Under the pieces are notes generated by a model. That model was given only the letters and a program-made list of their open reading frames with translations, did no database searches and was not told the DNA's origin. Source: Bacteroidales bacterium (GTDB lineage Bacteria; Bacteroidota; Bacteroidia; Bacteroidales; UBA10428). Taken from it: DNA of 64,000 nucleotides. Location: contig CBDDKV010000001.1 of the NCBI GenBank assembly GCA_965230395.1, positions 654 to 64,653 of the forward strand, read 5' to 3'. How positions within the stretch are numbered: position 1 is the first letter of the stretch; each line of letters starts with the position of its first letter. This document shows, in pieces, positions 9,320-18,496 of this stretch. Both the position numbers and the translations under genes were made by a program.

Positions 9320-9927
9320 TCAATACTCAGACATTTTCCACCTTGATTTTTTACTCTTTTCACTTGTTTTTTTTATGAGTTGCTCATGGAAATCTATCAT
9401 TTCGGCATAAATCCTGTTTATAGAGGCATACCCTTCCCAGTCCGCCTTTGGGCAGATACGGGGTCCATTATCGTTCATGTCAGTCCGGTACTTTATTCCC
9501 AGAAGGTTGCCCCCTGCTTCAAACACCACCATTGTTCCTGATTTACAGCTTTTGCAGGGGAACGGGTCTATGCCCATGTCCAGTATCATCACCCCACGGA
9601 CAGAGCGTTTAGTTTTTTTACCTACATCAGGGGCATTCAATAACCCCTGGATAATTCAGGTTTTTTTTTCACCCTGCAGGCCAATATCCCATGGTGCCCA
9701 ATGCGCACAAACCCTTTTGGCTAGACATGTTGCAAGAACCTTCCAATAAATCTGTCAGCAGACAGTGCCAACGGTTTTTTCCTGTTGTTATCTTTCCGAC
9801 CCAGGAAAGAGAAAGTAACTTCTTTTTTCACCCGGTCGATATTTAAAAACTATGCCGTAACAAATGTACCCTGATGTCCTTCTTTATTCCTGCTTTTTCT
9901 TTAGCCCCTTTTAATATTTTCCTTACA
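9320..9927 (-). mobile_element. Relic of a mobile element: a tyrosine-recombinase C-terminal fragment fused to a frameshifted IS91-type (Y2) transposase C-terminal part
   Basis: Minus-strand translation of ~9846-9926 gives VRKILKGAKEKAGIKKDIRVHLLRHSF-stop, the integrase R-H box region. ~9724-9840 gives VTFSFLGRKDNNRKKPLALSADRFIGRFLQHV-stop, then PKGFVRIGHHGILA in the same frame. ORF 9320..9640 carries the downstream Cys motif PCKSCKSGTM. The pieces are interrupted by in-frame stops and a frameshift. Confidence 0.65.
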
Positions 9928-9992
9928 CTTCCTGCCGATTATTGTAACATATTATTATCATTAAAAAAAGGGGGAGGGAAAGAAATACTTAT

Positions 9993-10685
9993 TCAGTCCG
10001 GGTTCGTATTCTTCATCCTGCAAAACTCGTAAACAGAAACGTTTAACAAAATAAGCAGCATTCCGTAGAAGATGTCTTCAACAGGAATAGTCACAAACCT
10101 AAGGTTCATATTTTCAGCGTTATTGTATAATACAACCGGACTTTCAATTAAACTTCCGGTCAACATGCCATTAAACAGAGTAAATGGAAAAAAAATAAGC
10201 ACGTAGGCGATTAAAAACCTTCCCGAAAATTTTATGCGAATTACAAGAACCAGCATTATAACTGTAGCTGTAAAAACTACAAAGGTAAATGACGTATAAA
10301 TACGGCTCCAGAATAAAATTGCTGTTATTAGAAGAATAACTGAACAGAATAATAATATGGCGTTACCTAAATGTTGTGGATTTAACCCTGGCCAATACGT
10401 TTTTAATGTTTCATAAGTGAACAGGCTTGCATATGGAACGGTTATAAAGAAAAGGCATTCTTCGAGTGGCAGGCCAAGGATGTCCAACCCCGCCAGATGA
10501 GATGGGTTAAAGCTCCATACCCCTTTATTCGTAAACCAGATATCCCATACAACAAAAAAAAATCCGGGAATAATAATGGCCATAAAAGCTGCTTTCCATT
10601 TCGTATAAAAATGAACCTTTTTGTCAAAACTGAGCAAAAGGGGAATAATAATAATGGCTATATTGATTTTCAGATATGTACTCAA
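9993..10685 (-). CDS. Lycopene cyclase, fused heterodimer-type (CrtYc/CrtYd-like) membrane protein
   Basis: 230 aa polytopic membrane protein with two halves, each carrying the cyclase-domain acidic motif (LPLEECLFF; IPVEDIFYG). It lies in an operon-like position after crtB. Confidence 0.8.
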   Translation of the reverse strand: MSTYLKINIAIIIIPLLLSFDKKVHFYTKWKAAFMAIIIPGFFFVVWDIWFTNKGVWSFNPSHLAGLDILGLPLEECLFFITVPYASLFTYETLKTYWPGLNPQHLGNAILLFCSVILLITAILFWSRIYTSFTFVVFTATVIMLVLVIRIKFSGRFLIAYVLIFFPFTLFNGMLTGSLIESPVVLYNNAENMNLRFVTIPVEDIFYGMLLILLNVSVYEFCRMKNTNPD

Positions 10686-10689
10686 GGAT

Positions 10690-11256
10690 TTACTTTTTGG
10701 ATTCTAAAAAAGATGTTACCAAAGCTTTCTCTTCATTGTTTAGATATTCACTACTTAACAGGGTGCTGAAAATTGCTTTTCTTAAGCCAGCATCATTAAT
10801 CCGATATAATGCTTCAAGGTTCTGAAGGAGAAACCGCTTATCTTCTTCGAGATTATCATATGCCAAAAACTTAGGAATATTTGACTGCACAGCAAACCTC
10901 AGATATTTAGTTTCACTGCAGTCCGGCCTGCTTTTAACGGCTTCTTCCAACATGTCCCTGCCCCTAGTAAATACCGAATATTTTTTTAAACCACCTTTTA
11001 CCCGTTCGGCTTTCATCGTCAGGGCCGTTCCATGGTAGGCCTGTATTAAGCTATTACCGGAGTTGTCTGATTCTTCAATATAGTTGAGGAATTCGTCTGT
11101 TTTTGCCCGTTCTTCCCCAGCTTTAAGATACAAACGCCTCACTGAACTTAAGTCCTGCGAAAAAAGAGGAAAAACAAAAAAACAGCTACAAATCAGAAGT
11201 AATTTCAATTTAAAACAGGTGTAATTTGTATTGAAGAGCTGAACGAAACAAGACAT
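10690..11256 (-). CDS. Hypothetical secreted all-alpha protein within the carotenoid operon
   Basis: 188 aa with a signal-like LLLICSCFFVFPLFSQ. The annotated ATG overlaps the crtB 3' end by 47 nt, so the true start is uncertain. Confidence 0.5.
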   Translation of the reverse strand: MSCFVQLFNTNYTCFKLKLLLICSCFFVFPLFSQDLSSVRRLYLKAGEERAKTDEFLNYIEESDNSGNSLIQAYHGTALTMKAERVKGGLKKYSVFTRGRDMLEEAVKSRPDCSETKYLRFAVQSNIPKFLAYDNLEEDKRFLLQNLEALYRINDAGLRKAIFSTLLSSEYLNNEEKALVTSFLESKK

Positions 11257-12046
11257 ACATTTTTCTTTTATCTGATATCCGTATACGTTTTTTTAGCATT
11301 TCTGAAGGGGAAGCCCGTTTTATTTTAATAAGCAGCCCATAATAATATTTGTACGACAGAAATACCCCAAACCTTGCATTTCTTGGGAGCTTTTTTATTC
11401 CAATGTATCCCCGGGCAAAGTCTTTTTCGATGTCCTGTATTAATTCCTGTTTTGCACTTTCATTAAAAAGCTTCATGTCTATGCCCGGAAAATACGTCCT
11501 GCCCAGATTGCTGTAATCATCTTTTAAATCCCGTAAAAAGTTAATTTTTTGATACGCACTTCCAAGGCTCATTGCATAAGGTTTTAATTCGTCATAAAGT
11601 TCCTGTTCACCCACCGCAAATATCTTGAGGCACATTAGTCCTACAACCTCTGCAGAACCGAGGATATATTCCTTATAGTTGTCTGCATTGTACGTTTTTT
11701 TATTTAAATCCATTTCCATGCTGTGCAGGAACTGGTCAATAAGAAGCCTGTCGATTTTATACTTGTTCACCGTAACCTGAAAACTTTGAAGTATCGGGTT
11801 AAGGCTGATTCCCTCATCAATAGCAGTATAAACGTCGGATTTAAATTTTTCCAACAGCTCTTTCTTATTGAAATCATGGAAAGTATCAACAATCTCATCT
11901 GCCAGACGAACAAATCCATAAATGGCATAAATATCTTTTCGTACAGCTTTCTTAATGAATAAAATACCTAAAGAGAAAGAAGTACTGTAAGCCCGCGTTA
12001 TAATTTTGCTTGCTTTATACGAAATGTTATCATATAATTCATACAT
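11210..12046 (-). CDS. crtB: Phytoene synthase
   Basis: 278 aa. SKIITRAYSTSFSLGI...IYAIYGFVRLADEIVD (first Asp-rich region) and YQKINFLRDLKDD fit the squalene/phytoene synthase family. Confidence 0.9.
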   Translation of the reverse strand: MYELYDNISYKASKIITRAYSTSFSLGILFIKKAVRKDIYAIYGFVRLADEIVDTFHDFNKKELLEKFKSDVYTAIDEGISLNPILQSFQVTVNKYKIDRLLIDQFLHSMEMDLNKKTYNADNYKEYILGSAEVVGLMCLKIFAVGEQELYDELKPYAMSLGSAYQKINFLRDLKDDYSNLGRTYFPGIDMKLFNESAKQELIQDIEKDFARGYIGIKKLPRNARFGVFLSYKYYYGLLIKIKRASPSEMLKKRIRISDKRKMYVLFRSALQYKLHLF

Positions 12047-12246
12047 AACACTTGGTGTTTGGTTACCTATTAAAACAAATTCTTATAGGGGGTTGTTCAG
12101 TTTTTTAACATTATTTGTTTAATGTTGCTTATTCTGTTTCGATAAGCATAAGTGGTTACAAAGACCATATGATTTAAAGAAAAATATGGAGATTTAATTC
12201 TATTATATTAACTTGTCCACTTTATATCCTAACTAAATTATTCAGA

Positions 12247-14475
12247 ATGAAAAAACATTTAGTCCTTTACATTATTTCCGCCACACTGCTTATATCTTGT
12301 AGTAATAATGACCATTTGAAAAATAATTCGCCTTTAGATGCAAAAGTAGATTCCCTTCTTTCGCTTATGACTTTAGAAGAGAAAATAGGTCAGATGTCGC
12401 AGCTAAGCGGAGACGGAGAAGTTACGGGTCCGGTTGATACAAGCACCTCTTATGTGGCAGAAGTAAAAAAAGGCAGAGTGGGCTCACTTTTGAATATAAA
12501 TGGTGTTGAATATACGCGAAGAATGCAGAAACTGGCGATTGAGCATTCGCGGTTAAAAATTCCTTTGATTTTTGGTTATGATGTTATACATGGGTACAAA
12601 ACAATTTTCCCGGTCCCGTTGGGAGAGGCCGCAAGCTGGGATCTTGACGCCATGGAGAGTTCCGCCCGAATTGCAGCCAAAGAAGCTTCTGCTGCCGGCC
12701 AGCACTGGACATTTGCCCCAATGGTTGACGTTTCCAGGGATGCACGCTGGGGAAGGGTAATGGAAGGTGCCGGTGAGGATACCTATTATGGACAACTTGT
12801 TGCAAAGAGCCGTGTCAGAGGCTTTCAGGGAAAAGATCTTTCAGACGTAAACACTATTGCTGCATGTGCCAAACATTATGCCGGCTATGGCCTGGCAGAA
12901 GGAGGAAAAGATTACAATACAACAGAAATTTCAGACAGGACACTTCGCGAATATATATTACCCCCGTTTAAAGCTTGCATTGATGAGAATGTAGCAACTT
13001 TTATGACAGCTTTTAATGATCTAAATGGAGTGCCGGCCTCGGGAAATAAAAAACTAGGAGATATTTTGAGGCAAGAGTGGGCATATGATGGAATGGTGGT
13101 TTCAGATTGGAATTCAATCGGAGAAATGATGGAACACGGAATTGCTGAAGATGAAAAAGAAGCGGCCCTGCTTGCGCTTGATGCCGGAATTGATATGGAT
13201 ATGGAAGGGAATGTGTATAGTGAAGAGTTAATGGCTTTGGTTAAAAATGGACAAATTTCTGAAGAACAAATCAATAACGCGGCAAGAAGAATTTTAAAGC
13301 TCAAGTTTGAGTTGGGACTATTTGAGGATCCGTTTAGATATTGTAATACAGATAGAGAAGAAGAAAATATTCTCACAAACGAGAACAGGGAAATTGCCCG
13401 GGATGTGGCAAGAAAATCAATCGTACTGCTGAAAAACAATAATTCGCTCCTTCCGCTAAAAGACTTTTCCGGCTCAATTGCTTTAATTGGCCCGCTTGCC
13501 AATAATAAAGATGACATTCTGGGCACCTGGCGCGCAAGAGGTAGTGCTGAAAACGGTGTAAGTATTTTGGAAGGCCTTAAGAAAAGATACCCTGATACTA
13601 AAATAGTATTTTCCAAAGGATGTGAAATAGATAGCACAGATAAATCCGGGTTTAAAGAAGCAAAAAAAGCAGCTACTGCAGCAGATGTTGTTTTACTGGC
13701 CCTGGGAGAAAGTGCAGATATGTCCGGAGAGGCCCACTCCAGGGCCCACCTGGATCTTCCCGGTGTTCAGTTGGATTTAATTAAGGAGTTAAAAGAAACA
13801 GGAAAACCAATAGTGCTGGTACTTATGAATGGGCGCCCACTTGCAATACCGGAAGCCGTTGATTTAAGTGATGCTGTGCTGGAAACCTGGTTACTTGGAA
13901 CTGAGGCAGGAAATGCTATTGCTGATGTAATTTCCGGAGACTTTGTCCCGTCAGGAAAATTACCGGTCACCTTTCCGCATACAACAGGTCAGGCTCCCAT
14001 CTATTACAATCATAAAAGAACAGGCAGGCCCGGAACTGAAAAAATATATACCTCCAAGTATGACGATGCTCCATTAACCCCGCTTTTCCCTTTTGGGTTC
14101 GGATTAAGTTATACGACTTTTGAGTATTCCGATCTGGAGCTTAGTAAAAACAAAATTGGTTTTGACGAAGAATTAAAAATATCCGTGAATATTAGGAACT
14201 CTGGTAATTATAGTGCCGATGAGGTGGCCCAGCTTTATATTTGTGATAAACATGGTAATGTTACGCGCCCTGTCAAGGAACTGAAAGGTTTTAAAAAGGT
14301 ATTTATTCCGAAAGGTGAGACAAAAAAAGTTGAGTTTACAATCACTGCAGATGATTTGGCTTTTTGGGACAGAGACATGAATTTTTCAGCAGAACCCGGC
14401 TTTTTTAAAATAATGGTGGGTAAAAATTCTGTTGAGTTTCTGGAAGAGGAGTTCGAATTAACTGTTGCCCCCTAA
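12247..14475 (+). CDS. GH3 beta-glucosidase, lipoprotein/periplasmic (BglX-like)
   Basis: 742 aa. Lipobox LLISC-SNN, then MTLEEKIGQM, KHYAGYG, the nucleophile region GMVVSDW, and a C-terminal FnIII-like domain (ELKGFKKVFI). Confidence 0.93.
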   Translation: MKKHLVLYIISATLLISCSNNDHLKNNSPLDAKVDSLLSLMTLEEKIGQMSQLSGDGEVTGPVDTSTSYVAEVKKGRVGSLLNINGVEYTRRMQKLAIEHSRLKIPLIFGYDVIHGYKTIFPVPLGEAASWDLDAMESSARIAAKEASAAGQHWTFAPMVDVSRDARWGRVMEGAGEDTYYGQLVAKSRVRGFQGKDLSDVNTIAACAKHYAGYGLAEGGKDYNTTEISDRTLREYILPPFKACIDENVATFMTAFNDLNGVPASGNKKLGDILRQEWAYDGMVVSDWNSIGEMMEHGIAEDEKEAALLALDAGIDMDMEGNVYSEELMALVKNGQISEEQINNAARRILKLKFELGLFEDPFRYCNTDREEENILTNENREIARDVARKSIVLLKNNNSLLPLKDFSGSIALIGPLANNKDDILGTWRARGSAENGVSILEGLKKRYPDTKIVFSKGCEIDSTDKSGFKEAKKAATAADVVLLALGESADMSGEAHSRAHLDLPGVQLDLIKELKETGKPIVLVLMNGRPLAIPEAVDLSDAVLETWLLGTEAGNAIADVISGDFVPSGKLPVTFPHTTGQAPIYYNHKRTGRPGTEKIYTSKYDDAPLTPLFPFGFGLSYTTFEYSDLELSKNKIGFDEELKISVNIRNSGNYSADEVAQLYICDKHGNVTRPVKELKGFKKVFIPKGETKKVEFTITADDLAFWDRDMNFSAEPGFFKIMVGKNSVEFLEEEFELTVAP

Positions 14476-15956
14476 CTTTTGTGTCCACCTGAAGCCTTAA
14501 AAATTTGATTGGCAACAACTTCTCCGCTTATTAGAGAAGGCGGGACTCCGGGACCAGGGGTAGTTAGCTGGCCCGTATAAAAAAGATTGGAGATATGACG
14601 GTTCTTTATTTTAGGTTTTAAGGGACCGGTTTGCCTGAGGGTATTTGCCAGTCCGTAAGCATTTCCTTTAAATGAGTTATAATCATTTATAAAATCGGTA
14701 TGCGCATAGCTTTTATGAAAGACGATATGGTCGCGCAAAGGAACTCCCGATATTTTTTCAATACGGTCAATAACCATATTGAAATAGTGTTCCCGCACTT
14801 TTCCGTGGTCGTCCAGACCTGTTGCAACAGGTATTAATATAACGAGGTTTTCATGTCCCTCAGGGGCAACGGAAGGATCCGTTTTTGAAGCAACGGAAAC
14901 ATAAATAGCGGGTGCTTCCGGCCATTTGGGTGATTTATAAATTTCGTTCGCATGTTTTTCAAAATCAGTATCAAAAAACAGGTTATGATGCTGAAGGCCA
15001 GGGATTTTTTTACTTAAACCCACAAAATACATCAATGCCGATGGTGCAAGCGTTCTGGTGTCCCAATATTTTTGCGAATAGTTGCTGTACTTATCCAAAA
15101 TAAGCTTCCGATCAGTGTGATGATAATCTATTGAGCTTACATAATATTCCCCGTAAAAATTCCTGTGATTTGCATGGGCCCCTGTTACCCTTCCATTTAA
15201 AACGTCAATTTGATCTACATTCACATTATGCGTTATTTCGACTTCCAGCTCCTGACAAACTTTAACCATTCCTTCAACAATTTTATACATCCCTCCCATC
15301 GGATACCAGGTGCCGAGTTCAAGATCAGCGTAATTCATTAAACTGTAAAGCGCGGGAATTTTGTCTGGTGTTGCACCAAGAAAGAGAACTGGAAATTCCA
15401 GGATCCTTATGAGCCTTTTATCTTTGAAAAGTGAGCGGACATAACTTGATAAGGTTCGAAGGGATTTCGAAAACAAAAATCCATTAATGAGTTTAAAATC
15501 AACAAACTCAAGCATCGACAGCCCTGGCTTATAAACAGCACTGTCCATTCCCAACCGGTATTTCTTTTGCGAATCCTGAAGAAATCTTTTTAGTTTCCTT
15601 CCGGCTCCTTTTTCAATGCTTTCGAACAGATGAAACAAGTCTTCCTGTTTAGCAGGGATATCTATTTTTTCTCCCTCGCCGAAGAATATGCGATAGCCCG
15701 GATCAAGGCGGACAAGTTCATAAAAGTCGGATACATTGTGCCCGAAGTTTTTGAAAAAATTTTCGAAGACATCCGGCATCCAGTACCACGAAGGCCCCAT
15801 ATCAAAAATAAAACCTTCTGCTTCAAATTTTCTTGCCCTGCCGCCAGGGAGGGCATTTTTTTCGAGTATTTCGACCTTAAACCCTTTTTGAGCTAAATAA
15901 GCTGCTGCGGATAACCCGCTAAATCCGGCCCCTAAAACGATTGTTTTACTTGGCAT
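14472..15956 (-). CDS. crtI: Phytoene desaturase
   Basis: 494 aa. FAD-binding fold VLGAGFSGLSAAAYLAQKG...LEKNALPGGRA, plus FDMGPSWYWMPDVFE and the C-terminal YTGQLTTPGPGVPPSLISG. Confidence 0.92.
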   Translation of the reverse strand: MPSKTIVLGAGFSGLSAAAYLAQKGFKVEILEKNALPGGRARKFEAEGFIFDMGPSWYWMPDVFENFFKNFGHNVSDFYELVRLDPGYRIFFGEGEKIDIPAKQEDLFHLFESIEKGAGRKLKRFLQDSQKKYRLGMDSAVYKPGLSMLEFVDFKLINGFLFSKSLRTLSSYVRSLFKDKRLIRILEFPVLFLGATPDKIPALYSLMNYADLELGTWYPMGGMYKIVEGMVKVCQELEVEITHNVNVDQIDVLNGRVTGAHANHRNFYGEYYVSSIDYHHTDRKLILDKYSNYSQKYWDTRTLAPSALMYFVGLSKKIPGLQHHNLFFDTDFEKHANEIYKSPKWPEAPAIYVSVASKTDPSVAPEGHENLVILIPVATGLDDHGKVREHYFNMVIDRIEKISGVPLRDHIVFHKSYAHTDFINDYNSFKGNAYGLANTLRQTGPLKPKIKNRHISNLFYTGQLTTPGPGVPPSLISGEVVANQIFKASGGHKS

Positions 15957-16019
15957 TTAATTGACTTTTGTTTTTTTAAAACAGAAATGGTGTATTATTG
16001 TTTAAGTTAAAAAAATAAC

Positions 16020-16682
16020 ATGATGCCCAGAAAAAATAGAATCAGACCGGTGAGTATAATTCTTTTCAGCGTAGGCTTTTTTCTTCACATTATATGTCCT
16101 TCAAGAACACTGGCATTGCTACTTACAACCCCATTTTTAATAAGTATTAATGCACTTGTTCTATTTTATTCATTTGATGAAAATAATAAAAAATTACAAA
16201 CTGTCATTTTTGTCCTTTTTTCGTTTGTTTTTACCATTGCCGTTGAAATTGCCGGAACTAAAACAGGACTAATTTTTGGGAACTATACCTATGGTGATAC
16301 AATTTGGTTGAAATTAATGACTGTTCCGCTTGTAATTGGCTTAAACTGGGTTACCTTACTATTAGCGGCTTATAATGTTGCAGTAAAAATCTCTGAAAGA
16401 CTTAAAATCAGATCGGGATATTGGATAGTGCTGCTTTCTGCCGTATTATTAACTTTTCTAGATTATCTGATTGAGCCTGTAGCTGTGTTTTTAGATTATT
16501 GGAATTGGGAGAATGATTTTATTCCTTATCAAAATTATATCGCCTGGTTTACCATCAGTTTAATTCTCGTATCTTTTATACAAATCTTTAAAATACAAAT
16601 CCGTTCAAAGCTATTGGTTTTTTTTTATTTTGTGATGGTATGTTATTTTATCGCATTAAGGATTTTTCTCCAGCCCTGCTAG
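16020..16682 (+). CDS. Carotenoid biosynthesis membrane protein (DUF422 type)
   Basis: 220 aa polytopic membrane protein (…PLVIGLNWV…, …LDYWNWEN…), divergent from crtI. The family assignment is from memory of typical Bacteroidota carotenoid loci. Confidence 0.65.
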   Translation: MMPRKNRIRPVSIILFSVGFFLHIICPSRTLALLLTTPFLISINALVLFYSFDENNKKLQTVIFVLFSFVFTIAVEIAGTKTGLIFGNYTYGDTIWLKLMTVPLVIGLNWVTLLLAAYNVAVKISERLKIRSGYWIVLLSAVLLTFLDYLIEPVAVFLDYWNWENDFIPYQNYIAWFTISLILVSFIQIFKIQIRSKLLVFFYFVMVCYFIALRIFLQPC

Positions 16683-16861
16683 TAAACAAATTCATTAATG
16701 TCTGTATCTTTCTGATAACGTCGCATATATTGTTGCTGAGACTCCATCTCCACAGCTAATTGCCAATCCTGAGTAGCTTCGTAGAATGGAAGAAGATCAC
16801 TTTTACAATCCTGACAAACTTTTTCAGTCTTGGTTTCTTTTCTACATCTTATACATTTCAT
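16679..16861 (-). CDS. Small hypothetical zinc-ribbon-like protein
   Basis: 60 aa with CxxC...CxxC (MKCIRCRKETKTEKVCQDCK). Convergent with the previous gene, overlapping it by 4 nt. Confidence 0.4.
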   Translation of the reverse strand: MKCIRCRKETKTEKVCQDCKSDLLPFYEATQDWQLAVEMESQQQYMRRYQKDTDINEFVY

Positions 16862-17247
16862 CGCTAATCCAGCATTTTTAAATTGTATACGAATAAATAT
16901 GGCTTTAGTTGCATAACGATTTTAATTTATGTAATGACTGTTATTGCTATTTAACATAATTGAAGTATTAAGTAATTATAAATCAGATACTATAAAATAT
17001 ATGCCTTTAAGTCAAATTGTTTTCAATTCATTTCCATTTAGAAAACTTCGTATTTTTTGATTTAAAATGATCCGGGGTACAAGTAACTTTACGATCTCTA
17101 AGTTTGTCTTATCATATGAAAATAGTGGAATCAGAATTTGTTACATTGTCATAACGATATACTTCAACCAATAGCGATGAGCTAAATCACAACCAGACCT
17201 TCAACATCGGTTTCTTCTTCGCGTAAACAATTATAAAAGCTACCATT

Positions 17248-17613
17248 ATGTATTTTTTCATGCAAGGAACAAAAACAACACCTCATACCCTGATAAATGA
17301 CGGGTACATGAAGTTAAAAGGGAAAGTTGTTCCTATAGAAGAGCAACAGTTTTTCGGGAGGTTATCAAGCCAGGTAAAAAAATATGGTGAAGAACAAGCC
17401 AACTTGACCAATATTGAATTTCATTTAAGCCATTTAAATGCTTCATCAAAACGTTCAATGGTTGAGTTATTAAAACTACTGGAAACTATCAATAATAATG
17501 GGGTGGAAATTGTTATTAGCTGGAAATATTCTTCGGATAATGAAGATTTAAAAGAATTGGGAGAAATTTTTCAGTCGATGTTCGATCTTCGTTTTGAGCT
17601 GATCCCCGGATAA
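17248..17613 (+). CDS. DUF1987 (SiaC-like) domain protein
   Basis: 121 aa. GTKTTPHTLINDGYMKLKGKVVPIEEQQFF...NIEFHLSHLNASSKRSMVELLKLLE...ISWKYSSDNEDLKELGE fits the DUF1987 layout. Confidence 0.7.
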   Translation: MYFFMQGTKTTPHTLINDGYMKLKGKVVPIEEQQFFGRLSSQVKKYGEEQANLTNIEFHLSHLNASSKRSMVELLKLLETINNNGVEIVISWKYSSDNEDLKELGEIFQSMFDLRFELIPG

Positions 17614-17689
17614 GGTTAGAACACGCGAAAACAATAAACATCCAATCAGGTGCCTGTCTCAAATCTTAAACATAATACCAAACTCATTA

Positions 17690-17718
17690 AAAAAAGGGCG
17701 CTAAGCGCCCTTTTCTAT
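17690..17718. terminator. Bidirectional terminator between convergent genes
   Basis: AAAAAA-GGGCGC-TAA-GCGCCC-TTTT...TTTTTTT: a GC hairpin flanked by an A-run and a T-run. Confidence 0.7.
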
Positions 17719-18467
17719 TTTTTTGTTTTGTTATGTTCTTGAATAAACTGGTCCAAAGCCATGGTCATTGACGGTGCATTTGGCATTGGAGCCTGCAAGT
17801 CGAGTCGCAAACCAGCATCTTTAACTGCCTGGGCAGTAGAAGTACCAAACGATGCAATTTTAATATCCTGTTGCTCAAAATCAGGAAAATTGGATAACAA
17901 TGAACGAATTCCTGAAGGGCTAAAGAATACCAGTACGTCGTAATTAATCATGGACAAGTCAGACAAATCACTGCTTACTGTTTGGTACAGAATGGCAATT
18001 TTGTGCCTGATTTTGTGTTTTTCCAATAGCAATGGAATTTCTTTTTTGTGCTGTTCAGACAGCGGCACAAGATAATTTTCGTCTTTGTGCTTTTCAACCA
18101 GTTCCATCAGATCTGCAAATCGACCTTTTCCAAAGAAAATCTTTCTCTTACGGTAGACAATGTACTTTTGCAAATAATGTGCAATCGATTCTGAGGTACA
18201 GAAATACTTCATTGAATCGGGCACAGTAATCCTAAGATCCTGGGCAACCCTGAAGTAATGATCAATAGCAGTCTTGCTGGTGAAAATTACAGCAGAAAAA
18301 TCCAAAATACCAACTCTTTGTCTTCTGAATTCTTTTGTGGCAACAGGTTCTACGTGGATAAATGGCCTGAAATCGATTTTTACATTGTTTTTCTCCGCAA
18401 CCTCAGAATATGGATTTTTATCAGAGGATGGTTCTGGCTGGGATACGAGAATTTTTTTAATCTTCAT
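17715..18467 (-). CDS. hemD: Uroporphyrinogen-III synthase
   Basis: 250 aa, Bacteroidota-type HemD (KILVSQPEP...IDFRPFIHVE...AVIFTSKTAIDHYF...VFFSPSGIRSL). Confidence 0.8.
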   Translation of the reverse strand: MKIKKILVSQPEPSSDKNPYSEVAEKNNVKIDFRPFIHVEPVATKEFRRQRVGILDFSAVIFTSKTAIDHYFRVAQDLRITVPDSMKYFCTSESIAHYLQKYIVYRKRKIFFGKGRFADLMELVEKHKDENYLVPLSEQHKKEIPLLLEKHKIRHKIAILYQTVSSDLSDLSMINYDVLVFFSPSGIRSLLSNFPDFEQQDIKIASFGTSTAQAVKDAGLRLDLQAPMPNAPSMTMALDQFIQEHNKTKK

Positions 18468-18496
18468 ATTTTGCGAGCCTCCTTTTATAACTTCTT

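Noticed and set aside
12553-13637. Antisense ORFs inside the GH3 gene (12553..12795, 12584..12805, 12912..13637), and similar antisense ORFs within other well-supported genes.
   Set aside because: They lie opposite a long gene with clear family motifs and have low-complexity, Ser/Leu/Pro-rich translations typical of antisense frames.
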